NCBI GenBank assembly: GCA_963822965.1 | Contig: CAWGJT010000005.1 | Span: 640,001-704,000, forward strand | Source: an uncultured delta proteobacterium | Lineage (GTDB): Bacteria; Myxococcota_A; UBA9160; UBA4427 | Length of the DNA: 64,000 nt | Direction: 5' to 3' | Shown here: piece by piece, positions 49,378-58,060 of the stretch | How positions within the stretch are numbered: position 1 is the first letter of the stretch | How the letters are laid out: every line of letters starts with the position of its first letter | Position numbers and translations under genes: made by a program | Notes under the pieces: generated by a model | Told to the model about the DNA's origin: nothing | The model's database searches: none | The model's input: only the letters and a program-made list of their open reading frames with translations

Positions 49378-49878
49378 GTGTCCCGCGAGATCCCCGGCCC
49401 CGTCGAGCCTCGGGAGATGCGGCGCTTCCTGGCGTCGCTCCTCTACGAGCCGGAGGCGTTCCTGATCGACGCCGTGCACCGGCTCGACCGGGAGAACGGC
49501 CTCGTCGAGGCGACGATGGACACCACCCGGCCGCTGCCCTTCACCTCGCTGCAGCGGGAGAGCCCGATCCACCCGCGGCACGTGGCCGCCGCCGAGATCC
49601 TGATGCTGACGGGAAACCTGGGCTTCCTGCACGCGTGGTTCTTCCACGGCTGCCGCTTCGACGAGGGCTGGGCGGGCTTCGGCAACCGCATCCACCGGGC
49701 GGACTTCAAGAGCCTGGCCCGCATCGGGCCGCCCCTGCGCGTCACGTCTCGGGAAGCACGTGTGCGGGAGGGGGCCAGGCGGGTGATGCTGCGGATGGAG
49801 TTCGAGTTCTTCCAGGACGACGTCCTGGTCTACCGGGGTGACCAGTCGGCCATCTTCTTCCGCGAGCGGGCCCTCTGA
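49378..49878 (+). CDS. Hotdog-fold (FabA/FabZ-like) protein
   Basis: LLY.P..FLID.V, HPRHV...EILM, ADFK...IG; leaderless start after TATCCT. Confidence 0.65.
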   Translation: MSREIPGPVEPREMRRFLASLLYEPEAFLIDAVHRLDRENGLVEATMDTTRPLPFTSLQRESPIHPRHVAAAEILMLTGNLGFLHAWFFHGCRFDEGWAGFGNRIHRADFKSLARIGPPLRVTSREARVREGARRVMLRMEFEFFQDDVLVYRGDQSAIFFRERAL

Positions 49879-49933
49879 CGGCGGTTGCCGCTATCCTGGC
49901 TGCTGCGTCCAAGAAGCCTGCCGAGGTCCCCCG

Positions 49934-51217
49934 ATGAGCGCCGCCCCCTGGATCTATCTCGCCTTCAGCGTCTGGTGCGCCTGGTTCAGCTTCAACGCCC
50001 ATCGTCCCATGCGCACGGGAGCGCGCCGCGCCACGCTCAGCTTCGCCGCCGGCTGGCTCACCACCGAGCTGGCGATCCACCACATCGCCTGGCAGGCCGT
50101 CGTCACCCTCGTCTTCGCGGCGTTCGGCGCCTTCTCGGCCTGGCCCGGCATCGCCGGCTTGGCGCTGACGGGCCTGTCCTGGCTCGCACTGCTCGCGAGC
50201 GTGGTCCAGGCCGCTCGGGCGAAGCGTGTGTACGAGGACGCGCTCGTGCGCGGATTCGGAGCGGACTACTTCCTGCAGATCCGGCCCGAGCTGCAGGAGC
50301 GACTCCGGGTCCGGACGGACTGGCGGCGCTTGATCTTCCCGTTCCCGATCCGCCGCCAGAGCGTCGAGCGCGTGAGAGACATCCACTACGGCCGGGCCCG
50401 AGGCGTCGACCTGCACCTCGACATCTATCGCGGGCGCGAGCCCCTCGTCCGGGCGCCCGTGCTCTTCCAGATCCACGGCGGCGGCTGGGTGATGGGCAGC
50501 AAGAACGAGCAGGCGTTGCCGCTGATGTACGAACTCGCCGAGCAGGGCTGGGTGTGCGTCTCGATCGACTACCGGCTGAGCCCCCACGCCACCTTCCCCG
50601 ACCACCTGATCGACTGCAAGCGAGCCCTGGTCTGGGTGAAGGAGCACATCACGGACTACGGCGGCGACCCGGGCTTCATCGCCGTCACGGGCGGCTCCGC
50701 GGGCGGTCACCTCTGCGCGCTGATGGGCCTCACCCAGAACGATCCCGAGTACCAGCCGGGGTTCGAGGACGCGGACACCCGGGTCTCGTGCTGCCTGCCG
50801 TTCTACGGCGTCTACGACTTCGCGAACCGCAACCGGACCTACGCGAACGACGGCATGCGTCGGATCCTCGAACGCCAGGTGATGAAGGGCTCCGTCGACG
50901 AGATCCCCGAGTCCTACGACCGCGCCTCTCCCGTCACCCGCGTGGACGAGAACGCCTCGCCCTTCTTCGTGATCCACGGCCGCAACGACAGCCTGGTGCC
51001 GGTGGCCGAGGCGCGCGAGTTCGTGAAGGTGCTCGCCGAGAAGAGCCGCTCGCCCCACGCCTACGCCGAGCTGCCCGGCGCGCAGCATGCCTTCGAGATC
51101 TTCCCGTCCCTGCGCACCCTGCTCGCGATCGACGCGAGCTGCCGCTATCTGTCGCTGATGTACAGCCGCTACCTCGACGGACGCGACCCCGGCCTGGAGC
51201 CGGCGGGCCGGAGCTGA
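49934..51217 (+). CDS. Membrane-anchored esterase/lipase (mycobacterial LipM/LipO/LipQ-like alpha/beta hydrolase)
   Basis: N-terminal TM helices; QIHGGGW, DYRLSP, TGGSAGGHL, HG.ND, AQHAF. Confidence 0.88.
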   Translation: MSAAPWIYLAFSVWCAWFSFNAHRPMRTGARRATLSFAAGWLTTELAIHHIAWQAVVTLVFAAFGAFSAWPGIAGLALTGLSWLALLASVVQAARAKRVYEDALVRGFGADYFLQIRPELQERLRVRTDWRRLIFPFPIRRQSVERVRDIHYGRARGVDLHLDIYRGREPLVRAPVLFQIHGGGWVMGSKNEQALPLMYELAEQGWVCVSIDYRLSPHATFPDHLIDCKRALVWVKEHITDYGGDPGFIAVTGGSAGGHLCALMGLTQNDPEYQPGFEDADTRVSCCLPFYGVYDFANRNRTYANDGMRRILERQVMKGSVDEIPESYDRASPVTRVDENASPFFVIHGRNDSLVPVAEAREFVKVLAEKSRSPHAYAELPGAQHAFEIFPSLRTLLAIDASCRYLSLMYSRYLDGRDPGLEPAGRS

Positions 51218-51268
51218 GCCGGCGGCGGGCGGCAGGGCGCCACGGGCAGGCCGGAGAACGCAGAATCC

Positions 51269-52794
51269 ATGGAAACCATCGCTCGCACCCCGCTCGGCCT
51301 CGTGGAGGGGCGGGTCAAGGAAGGCGTCCTGCTCTTCGCGGGCATTCCGTATGCCCGCCCCCCGTCGGAGCGTTGCGCTTCGCCCCGCCGCGCCCCCACG
51401 AGGGCTGGACGGGGACGCTCTCGGCCCAGCGCTTCGGCCACGCGGCGCTGCAGCCGGCCGGCAGCGGCCTCACGGCGAGCCCGCCCCGGCGCATGAGCGA
51501 GGACTGCCTCACCCTGAACGTCACCACGCCGGCGATCGACGACGCACGGCGGCCCGTGCTCGTGTGGATCCACGGGGGCGGCTTCCGAACCGGTCAGGGT
51601 GCCATCCCCTGGTACAACGGAACCTCCTTCGCCAAGCGCGGCGACATCGTGACGGTGAGCATCAACTACCGCCTCGGCACCCTCGGCTTCACGAACCTCG
51701 TGGGCTCCGACGGCGATTCCGGCGACGACCTCGCGAGCTCGGGCCACGTCGGGATCCTCGACCAGATCGCGGCGCTCGAATGGGTACGCGACAACATCGC
51801 CGCCTTCGGAGGAGATCCCGAGCGCGTGACCGTGGCCGGGGAGTCGGCTGGGGCCATGAGCGTCGGAACGCTTCTCGGCTGTCCCGCCGCCGCGGGCCTC
51901 TTCCGCGGCGCCATCTGTCAGAGCGGGGCCGCGCATCACGTGCTGCCCGCCGAGACGGCCCGGGCCGTCGGCGGCCTGTTGCGGGAGAAGCTCGGGGTTT
52001 CCGATCTCGAAGCGCTTCGCGAGCTCCCCGGCGAGCGTCTGATCTCGGCCCAGGGCGAGGTCGAGCGACACCTGGCGGGCACGTCGACCCTGGGCGCGAC
52101 GGACATCACGGGGGCGGCCGGAATGCCGTTCCAGCCCAGCACCGGGGGCGCTTCGCTCCCGCTGGCGCCGCTGGAAGCGGTTCGCCGCGGCGCCTCCCGG
52201 GACGTGGCGCTGCTGATCGGCACGAACGCCCACGAGGCGACGCTCTTCCACCAGGGCGAGACCGACGAACGGCGTCTGGAGAAGATCGTGGGACGCTACC
52301 TGCCCGATCCGGGGCGGGCCCTCGAGGTGTACCGGGGCGACCATCCCGACGCGTCGCCGTTCGATCTGCTCATCGCCGTCACCACCGACTACATGTTCCG
52401 GATCCCGGCGGTGCGCCTCGCCGAGGCGCACGCCGCCAACGGGGGGCGCACCTTCAGCTACCTGTTCAGCTGGCGCTCCCGTGCCTTCGGCGGACGGCTG
52501 GGAGCCACCCACGCCCTCGAGATCCCGTTCACGTTCAACAACCTCGAGCGCATGGGGGTGGAGACCTTCCTGGGAGAGGGACCACTTCCCGAGTCGCTGG
52601 CGGATCGCATGCACGCGGCCTGGATCGGGTTCATCCGCGAAGGCGACCCGAACGCCGCTCCAGAAGGCGCGGCCGCCCCCGAGTGGCCGGGCTTCGACCC
52701 GGAACACCGCGCGCTGATGGAGTTCGGCGACGAGATCGGGGTGCGCGAAGATCCACAGGCCGCCTCGCGCGCGCTGTGGGACGACCTGCGCTGA
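51269..52794 (+). CDS. Type-B carboxylesterase; frameshift near 51355
   Basis: FAGIPYA.PPVG.LRF, SEDCL.LNV, WIHGGGF, NYRLG, GESAGA, GATHALEIPF. Confidence 0.92.
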
Positions 52795-53104
52795 GCGGCC
52801 TCGGGCTGGACGGACGTCGAGCGAGCCCTGCCCGCGCACCTCGACGGGAGATTCGAGGTCGTCCTCTCCTCGCGGGCTCCGCCGGTGACACCGGGCATCC
52901 CGCCGGCGAGGATCGGATGCGGCACGCCCTGCGTGGCGGGCGAAGAGCCGGTGCCGTCTCCTTCGCCGCCGGCCCACCCGCACGTCGTGCGGGTCTCCGT
53001 CGATCCGCTTCGGGCCGACCACCCGGGGGTCGACGGCTTCGCACGCGGCGCGCTCGTCTTCGACGCGGCGTTCACGACCTCCTCCTGGACGCTGCCTCCC
53101 CCTC

Positions 53105-53995
53105 TCAGTCCAGCCGTTCTCCCAGGAATTCCCCGATGCGATCGATCGCCAGCCGCGCTTCCGGCAGGATCAGGGCGAAGGCGTGCCACACGTGGATCAT
53201 CTCCTCCCACTCCTCGAGGGTGACGTCGACCCCCGCGTCGCGCGCGCGCTTCGCCACGGTGCGGGCGTCGTCGAGCAGGGTCTCGGCCGTCCCCACCTGG
53301 ATCAGCAGCGGCGGCAGGTCCTTCAGGTCGGCGAAGCAGGGAGAGGCCGTGGGGGCGCGGGGATCACCGCCGGCGAGATAGGCGTCTGCCATCTCCTGCA
53401 GCATGTCGCGGCTCACCATGGGATCCTCCGCCGCCTTGCTCTCCATGCTCGCACCGCTCTGGCTGAGATCCGCCCAGGGCGAGATGCAGACCGCGGCGCC
53501 CGGAAGCGGCTCGTCGGCGTCGCGCAGGGCGACGAGGGTGGCCAGGGTGAGCCCCCCGCCCGCCGAGTCGCCGGCGAGCGCGATGCGCGCCGGCTCCAAG
53601 CCGCTCGAGACCAGGAAGCGATAGGCACGCACGGCGTCCTCGACCGCGGCGGGGTAGCGGTTCTCCGGCGCCAGGCGATAGCCGACGGAGAGGACCCGCG
53701 CGCCGGACGCTCGCGAGATGCCTGCCACGAGGGCGCGGTGGGTGGCGATGGAGCCGATCGCGTAGCCACCGCCGTGGAAGTACAGCACCGTCCGATCGTC
53801 CCGGGCGCCGGGTGCGCGGGTCCACTCGGCGGGAACGCCACCTGCGTCCACCGCCTCGAAGCGAACGTCCTCGGGCAGGGGAGTCGCGCCGGTCATCGCC
53901 TCCATGCCCGCGCGCATCTGGAGGAGGTCTGCCCCTGCGATCGGCGGATTCGCCCGCAGCATGTCGACCACCATCTTGATCTCGGGTCCGGGCAC
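53105..53995 (-). CDS. HSL-family esterase / lactone hydrolase
   Basis: YFHGGGY, YRLAPE, AGDSAGGGL, DP, HVW. Confidence 0.92.
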   Translation of the reverse strand: MPGPEIKMVVDMLRANPPIAGADLLQMRAGMEAMTGATPLPEDVRFEAVDAGGVPAEWTRAPGARDDRTVLYFHGGGYAIGSIATHRALVAGISRASGARVLSVGYRLAPENRYPAAVEDAVRAYRFLVSSGLEPARIALAGDSAGGGLTLATLVALRDADEPLPGAAVCISPWADLSQSGASMESKAAEDPMVSRDMLQEMADAYLAGGDPRAPTASPCFADLKDLPPLLIQVGTAETLLDDARTVAKRARDAGVDVTLEEWEEMIHVWHAFALILPEARLAIDRIGEFLGERLD

Positions 53996-54193
53996 CTGGG
54001 TCTCCTCGTTCCGACGCAGCTCTGATCCATCGAGAGGTCATCCGCACGGTGCGTCCGGCTCCCGTGCGATTCGGGAGACTACCAAGCAGCGCTGCGCGCG
54101 GCCCCTGGCGCGGAGATCGGAGACGGCGCCCCTGCGGCCGGCCGATTCCGATGCTTCAATGGACACGCGCCCGCCCACAGGAGAACCCCGCAA

Positions 54194-54619
54194 ATGTCCC
54201 GAGCCTCTAGCTTCCTTGCCGCCCTGCTGCTGGCCCTCGTCACGCTCCTCCCCGGGGCGGCGAGCGCCCGGGATCTCGACTGGTCGAGCGTCGCCGACGT
54301 GAAGGTCATCGAGGTCCTCACCCACGACGAGGACGGCGACCTGCGCGAGACGAAGGTCTGGTTCGTCCTGATCGACGGGGTCCCCTACCTGCGGACGAAC
54401 GGCTCCCGCTGGCTCGAGAACATCCGCCGCGATCCCGACGTCACGATCCGGATCGGCGACGACAGCTATCCCCAGCGGGCGCACGAGGTCACCAGCCCCG
54501 AGATGATCGAGCGGGTCGACGCGGCGACGCGGGAGAAGTACGGCTTCCAGGAGGCCTTCATCCACGTGTTCCGCATCCACGACCCCCAGATCCTGGAGCT
54601 GTCGCCGGCCGTGCCCTGA
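54194..54619 (+). CDS. Secreted split-barrel protein (DUF2255/deazaflavin nitroreductase-like)
   Basis: Signal peptide ending ASA; T..G..RETKVWFV, W..NIRRDP.V.I, REKYG. Confidence 0.7.
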   Translation: MSRASSFLAALLLALVTLLPGAASARDLDWSSVADVKVIEVLTHDEDGDLRETKVWFVLIDGVPYLRTNGSRWLENIRRDPDVTIRIGDDSYPQRAHEVTSPEMIERVDAATREKYGFQEAFIHVFRIHDPQILELSPAVP

Positions 54620-54821
54620 GCCGCCGGCCAGGGGTGCCCGTCGGGACTGCAGGATTCCAGTGGGACTGGAATCCACCGCGAGTCTTCGCCTCTTCCCGCC
54701 GGGGTTCCGGCTGGGCAACACGGACGCGCCTCCGCCGCAGCGGGTGGGTTCAGATCCCCGGCCCTGCTGTCGATACGGGTCTCAGCCGTCGGGAGGGGTC
54801 CGGCGGAGGAGGAGGCCGAAG

Positions 54822-55385
54822 TTGCACGAGCTTCTGGACGTCAGACCCTGGCCGCGGATCCTGTTGCGATACCCCTTGCTCATCCTGACGGCCTTTCTCC
54901 TGGGCGGCATCGTCGCCTTCGCGTACTCCTACGCGCCGCTCCACCGCGCCAAGGACTGGAAGATCGGATACCTCGAGGAACGTCTCGCGAGCCGCAACGC
55001 CCACGTGCAGGAGCTGGAGACGGCCCTGCAGGAGGCGAAGAGCTCCCTCGAGGGCCAGCCGTCGAACGACGACCTGAAGACCCTCGAGTCGCGACTCGCC
55101 GAGGCGAATCGCCTGGCGAAGACGCACGAGAAGCAGATCGGCGAGCTCGAGGCGAAGCTCGCGAGTGCGACCCGCAGCCGCGATTCGTGGAAGAGCCGTC
55201 ACGCGTCGACCCTCGCGGAGCTCGAGCGTCTCAAGTCGACCGCCGGCGGGTCGCCGGCGCCCTCCGTCGCCGCGACACCCCGCGGCGACACGGTCGATGC
55301 GGACCCGGGCCCCGCGGATGCACTCGACCCGGCCTTGCCGGCGTCTCCGGCATCCGAGGCTCCGAACGCACCCGGACCGATCTGA
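54822..55385 (+). CDS. Hypothetical membrane-anchored coiled-coil protein
   Basis: GGAGGAGG RBS then TTG; one TM helix, heptad-rich helix, Pro/Ala tail. Confidence 0.7.
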   Translation: MHELLDVRPWPRILLRYPLLILTAFLLGGIVAFAYSYAPLHRAKDWKIGYLEERLASRNAHVQELETALQEAKSSLEGQPSNDDLKTLESRLAEANRLAKTHEKQIGELEAKLASATRSRDSWKSRHASTLAELERLKSTAGGSPAPSVAATPRGDTVDADPGPADALDPALPASPASEAPNAPGPI

Positions 55386-55550
55386 GCGGCGCTCCCGCTC
55401 TACACGAGGGGCGGTCACCCCGCCCGTCGTCGCGCCACTCTCCTCGAGCCCGGGGCTCCCGCACGTCTTCCGGATCAAGCCCGCCGCGCGTCCATCCGAT
55501 CTCACCCGGACGGGGGCAAATGGGTCTCCGCAAGAAAAGGGGAGCGGCGG

Positions 55551-56312
55551 ATGCAGCTCATCGCAGCACTCGGTGGCCTCGCCTTCATCGTCTCGAGCCT
55601 GGTCACCGGCGCGAGGCTGCTGGGGGTCGCCCGGCGCACGCGCGAGCTGCCGGAGTTCGTGCTGGGCTTCGGCCTCTTCCTGATGGGCGGCCTCGGCTAT
55701 CCGCTGACGCTGCTCGGTGAGTTCGGGGCCTTCCTGCCGAACGACGCCCGCGCGGGCCTGATCGCCGCAAACCAGGCCTGCACCGTCGTGGGCATCACCC
55801 TCTTCTCCTTCTTCACGGCCCGGGTCTTCCGCCCGCACAGCACCCTGGCGCGGGTCTACGTGGTTGCGGCCGGAGCGGCCTTCTGCCTGATCTTCGTGCA
55901 CCGCGCCGTGACCCTCGGCTTCGCGCCGCTCTCCCAGGGCGGACAGAGCCAGCCGATCCCCCACGTCATCCTCACCGTCCTGAGCCTCGGCTGGGCCGGT
56001 ATCGAGTCCCTGCTCTACTACGGGCTGTTGCGAAAGCGCCTCCGGCTCGGGCTGGCGGATCCCGTGCTGGTGGATCGAATGCGACTGTGGGCCGTCGGGA
56101 TGCTGTGCGCGATGCTGCTGACCGGGATCTCCGGCGTCCTCAACGCGCTGCACATCCCCTTCAACGAGACCACGGCCGGGGTCCTCACCGTGGGCGTCAT
56201 GGGCTCGGTGTCGGCGGGCAGCATCTGGCTCGCCTTCTTCCCGCCGGCCGTCTACGTGCGACGCGTGCGATCGCGCGCCGCCGGCGAGGTCCCCAGCGAA
56301 GCGATCGGCTGA
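55551..56312 (+). CDS. Hypothetical 7-TM membrane protein
   Basis: Seven hydrophobic segments, GGGGAG RBS, sigma28-like promoter at 55475-55502. Confidence 0.8.
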   Translation: MQLIAALGGLAFIVSSLVTGARLLGVARRTRELPEFVLGFGLFLMGGLGYPLTLLGEFGAFLPNDARAGLIAANQACTVVGITLFSFFTARVFRPHSTLARVYVVAAGAAFCLIFVHRAVTLGFAPLSQGGQSQPIPHVILTVLSLGWAGIESLLYYGLLRKRLRLGLADPVLVDRMRLWAVGMLCAMLLTGISGVLNALHIPFNETTAGVLTVGVMGSVSAGSIWLAFFPPAVYVRRVRSRAAGEVPSEAIG

Positions 56313-56706
56313 TCGCCGCCGCATCGTCCTGGCTCGAGCCACGAAGACGCCTTCGCGGAGCGACCGTGCGACGAGCGCTGGGGGATCCGCGGGGAGCGGA
56401 TCGACCGCGCGGCGCGCCAGCCCCGATCCGTGCCGCGAGCCGACCCGAGTCACCCGGCTAGCCACAATGCGTCATTCAGTGTGCTTCCCTGCGGCCGCAG
56501 ACCCTGCCAGGCCTCGCGGATCGTGCGAGAACGGCGGAGCCAGCCCGAGCGCGGCAACCTCACTCCCATGAGGTCCTGGCGTCTGGCTCGGATTGCGGCA
56601 CGGACCGAGCAAGACGCAGCGATTCGGCAGGCATTGGGAGTTGCGCCCTGACCCGCATGACGGATCAGGGCTAGCCTCCCGCGAAGCGTCGAAGAGGAGG
56701 ACACCG

Positions 56707-57255
56707 ATGCCCCGATCCACGACCTCCCTGCCTCTCGATCCCGGCCCGACCCGGCCGCTGACCCGCCGTGCATTCGTGACGGGCACCGCCGCCCTCGGCG
56801 TCTGGCTGGCGCTGCCGCGCCGGGCTCGCGCCGACGGGCTGGCGGCGGCACGCGAGGCCGCCGCCACGAGCCCGCTGATCTACGTGTCTCCCCTCAAGAC
56901 GGACGGCTCCGAGAGCCGTTGTCACGCGGAGGTGTGGTTCGTGCGGGACGGCGGCGACCTGCTGGTGGTGAGCGAGGCCACCTGCTGGCGGGCCGTCGCG
57001 ATCTCGCAGGGTCTCGACCGCGCGCGCATCTGGGTAGGCGACTTCGGCGTCTGGAAGCGCTCGCAGGGCGCCTTCCGGAAGGCGCCGAGCTACGTGGCTC
57101 GCGGCGCCCTGGACCGCGACCCGACGGCGCGGGCCCGGGCGCTGGAAGCGTACGGCCGCAAGTACCCCGACGAGTGGGACAAGTGGGGGCCGCGCTTCGA
57201 GAAGGGTCTCGCGTCCGGCGATCGCGTGCTCATCCGCTACGCGCCGGCGGCGTAG
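56707..57255 (+). CDS. Tat-exported split-barrel-like protein
   Basis: LTRRAFV twin-arginine signal and ARA cleavage site; EVWFV and YGRKY motifs shared with 54194..54619. Confidence 0.75.
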   Translation: MPRSTTSLPLDPGPTRPLTRRAFVTGTAALGVWLALPRRARADGLAAAREAAATSPLIYVSPLKTDGSESRCHAEVWFVRDGGDLLVVSEATCWRAVAISQGLDRARIWVGDFGVWKRSQGAFRKAPSYVARGALDRDPTARARALEAYGRKYPDEWDKWGPRFEKGLASGDRVLIRYAPAA

Positions 57256-58060
57256 CCCCGGCTTCCGGCGCCGGCAGCAGCCGGTGCGCCATCCAGCGCG
57301 CGTAGAGGCCCGGCGCCCATCGCGACGTCCACCACGACGCGTGTGCCAGCGGCGACACCAGCAGGCGTCGACGCCGGCGTGCGGCCGCGCGGAAGACGGC
57401 GTCGGCCACGCGCTCCGGAGCGAGCGCGCGACCGGTGGTGGTACGCTCGCCCTGCCGGACCGGGCCGCCGTCCCCCGCCAGGGCGTGGTCACCGATGGCG
57501 GTCCGGACGAAGGCGGGACACACCATCAGGACCCCCACGCCCAGGGGCTGCCACTCGGCGCGCAACGATTCGAAGAGGCCGTGGAGCGCGTGCTTGCTGG
57601 CCGCGTAGCCGGCCCGACCGGCCAGGGGGGCGAAGCCTGCCACGCTGGAGACCACCACGACCAGGCCGCGCCGCTCGACCAGGGCCGGCAGGGCCGCGTG
57701 GGTGCAGTGGACGGCGCCGAAGTAATTCACCTCCATCACCCGGCGCAGGACGGCGGGGTCGGTCTCGGCGAAGCGGCTCAGGTGGGTGATGCCCGCGTTG
57801 TTGACGAGGACGTCGAGACCACCCAGTCGGCTGCACGCCTCCTGGACCGCGGCGCGCGTCGCCGCCTGGTCCGTCACGTCGCAGCACAGCGCCTCCGCAC
57901 CCAGACCCGCGGCCACGGCCTCGAGGGGCGCGCGATCGCGATCGAGGAGCGCCAGACGGGCGCCGTCTCGCGCGAAGCGGCGGGCGAGAGCGGCGCCGAT
58001 CCCGCTGGCGGCGCCGGTCACCAGCACCCGTCGATCGCGCTCCGCGCGGGACCGACTCAC
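57230..58060 (-). CDS. Short-chain dehydrogenase/reductase
   Basis: VTGAASGIG, LVNNAG, SS, YAASK. Confidence 0.93.
   Translation of the reverse strand: MSRSRAERDRRVLVTGAASGIGAALARRFARDGARLALLDRDRAPLEAVAAGLGAEALCCDVTDQAATRAAVQEACSRLGGLDVLVNNAGITHLSRFAETDPAVLRRVMEVNYFGAVHCTHAALPALVERRGLVVVVSSVAGFAPLAGRAGYAASKHALHGLFESLRAEWQPLGVGVLMVCPAFVRTAIGDHALAGDGGPVRQGERTTTGRALAPERVADAVFRAAARRRRRLLVSPLAHASWWTSRWAPGLYARWMAHRLLPAPEAGATPPARSG

Noticed and set aside
54652..54674. Perfect hairpin GGATTCCAGT-GGG-ACTGGAATCC as a novel element
   Set aside because: Single copy just after a stop codon; most simply a terminator or mRNA-stabilising stem.
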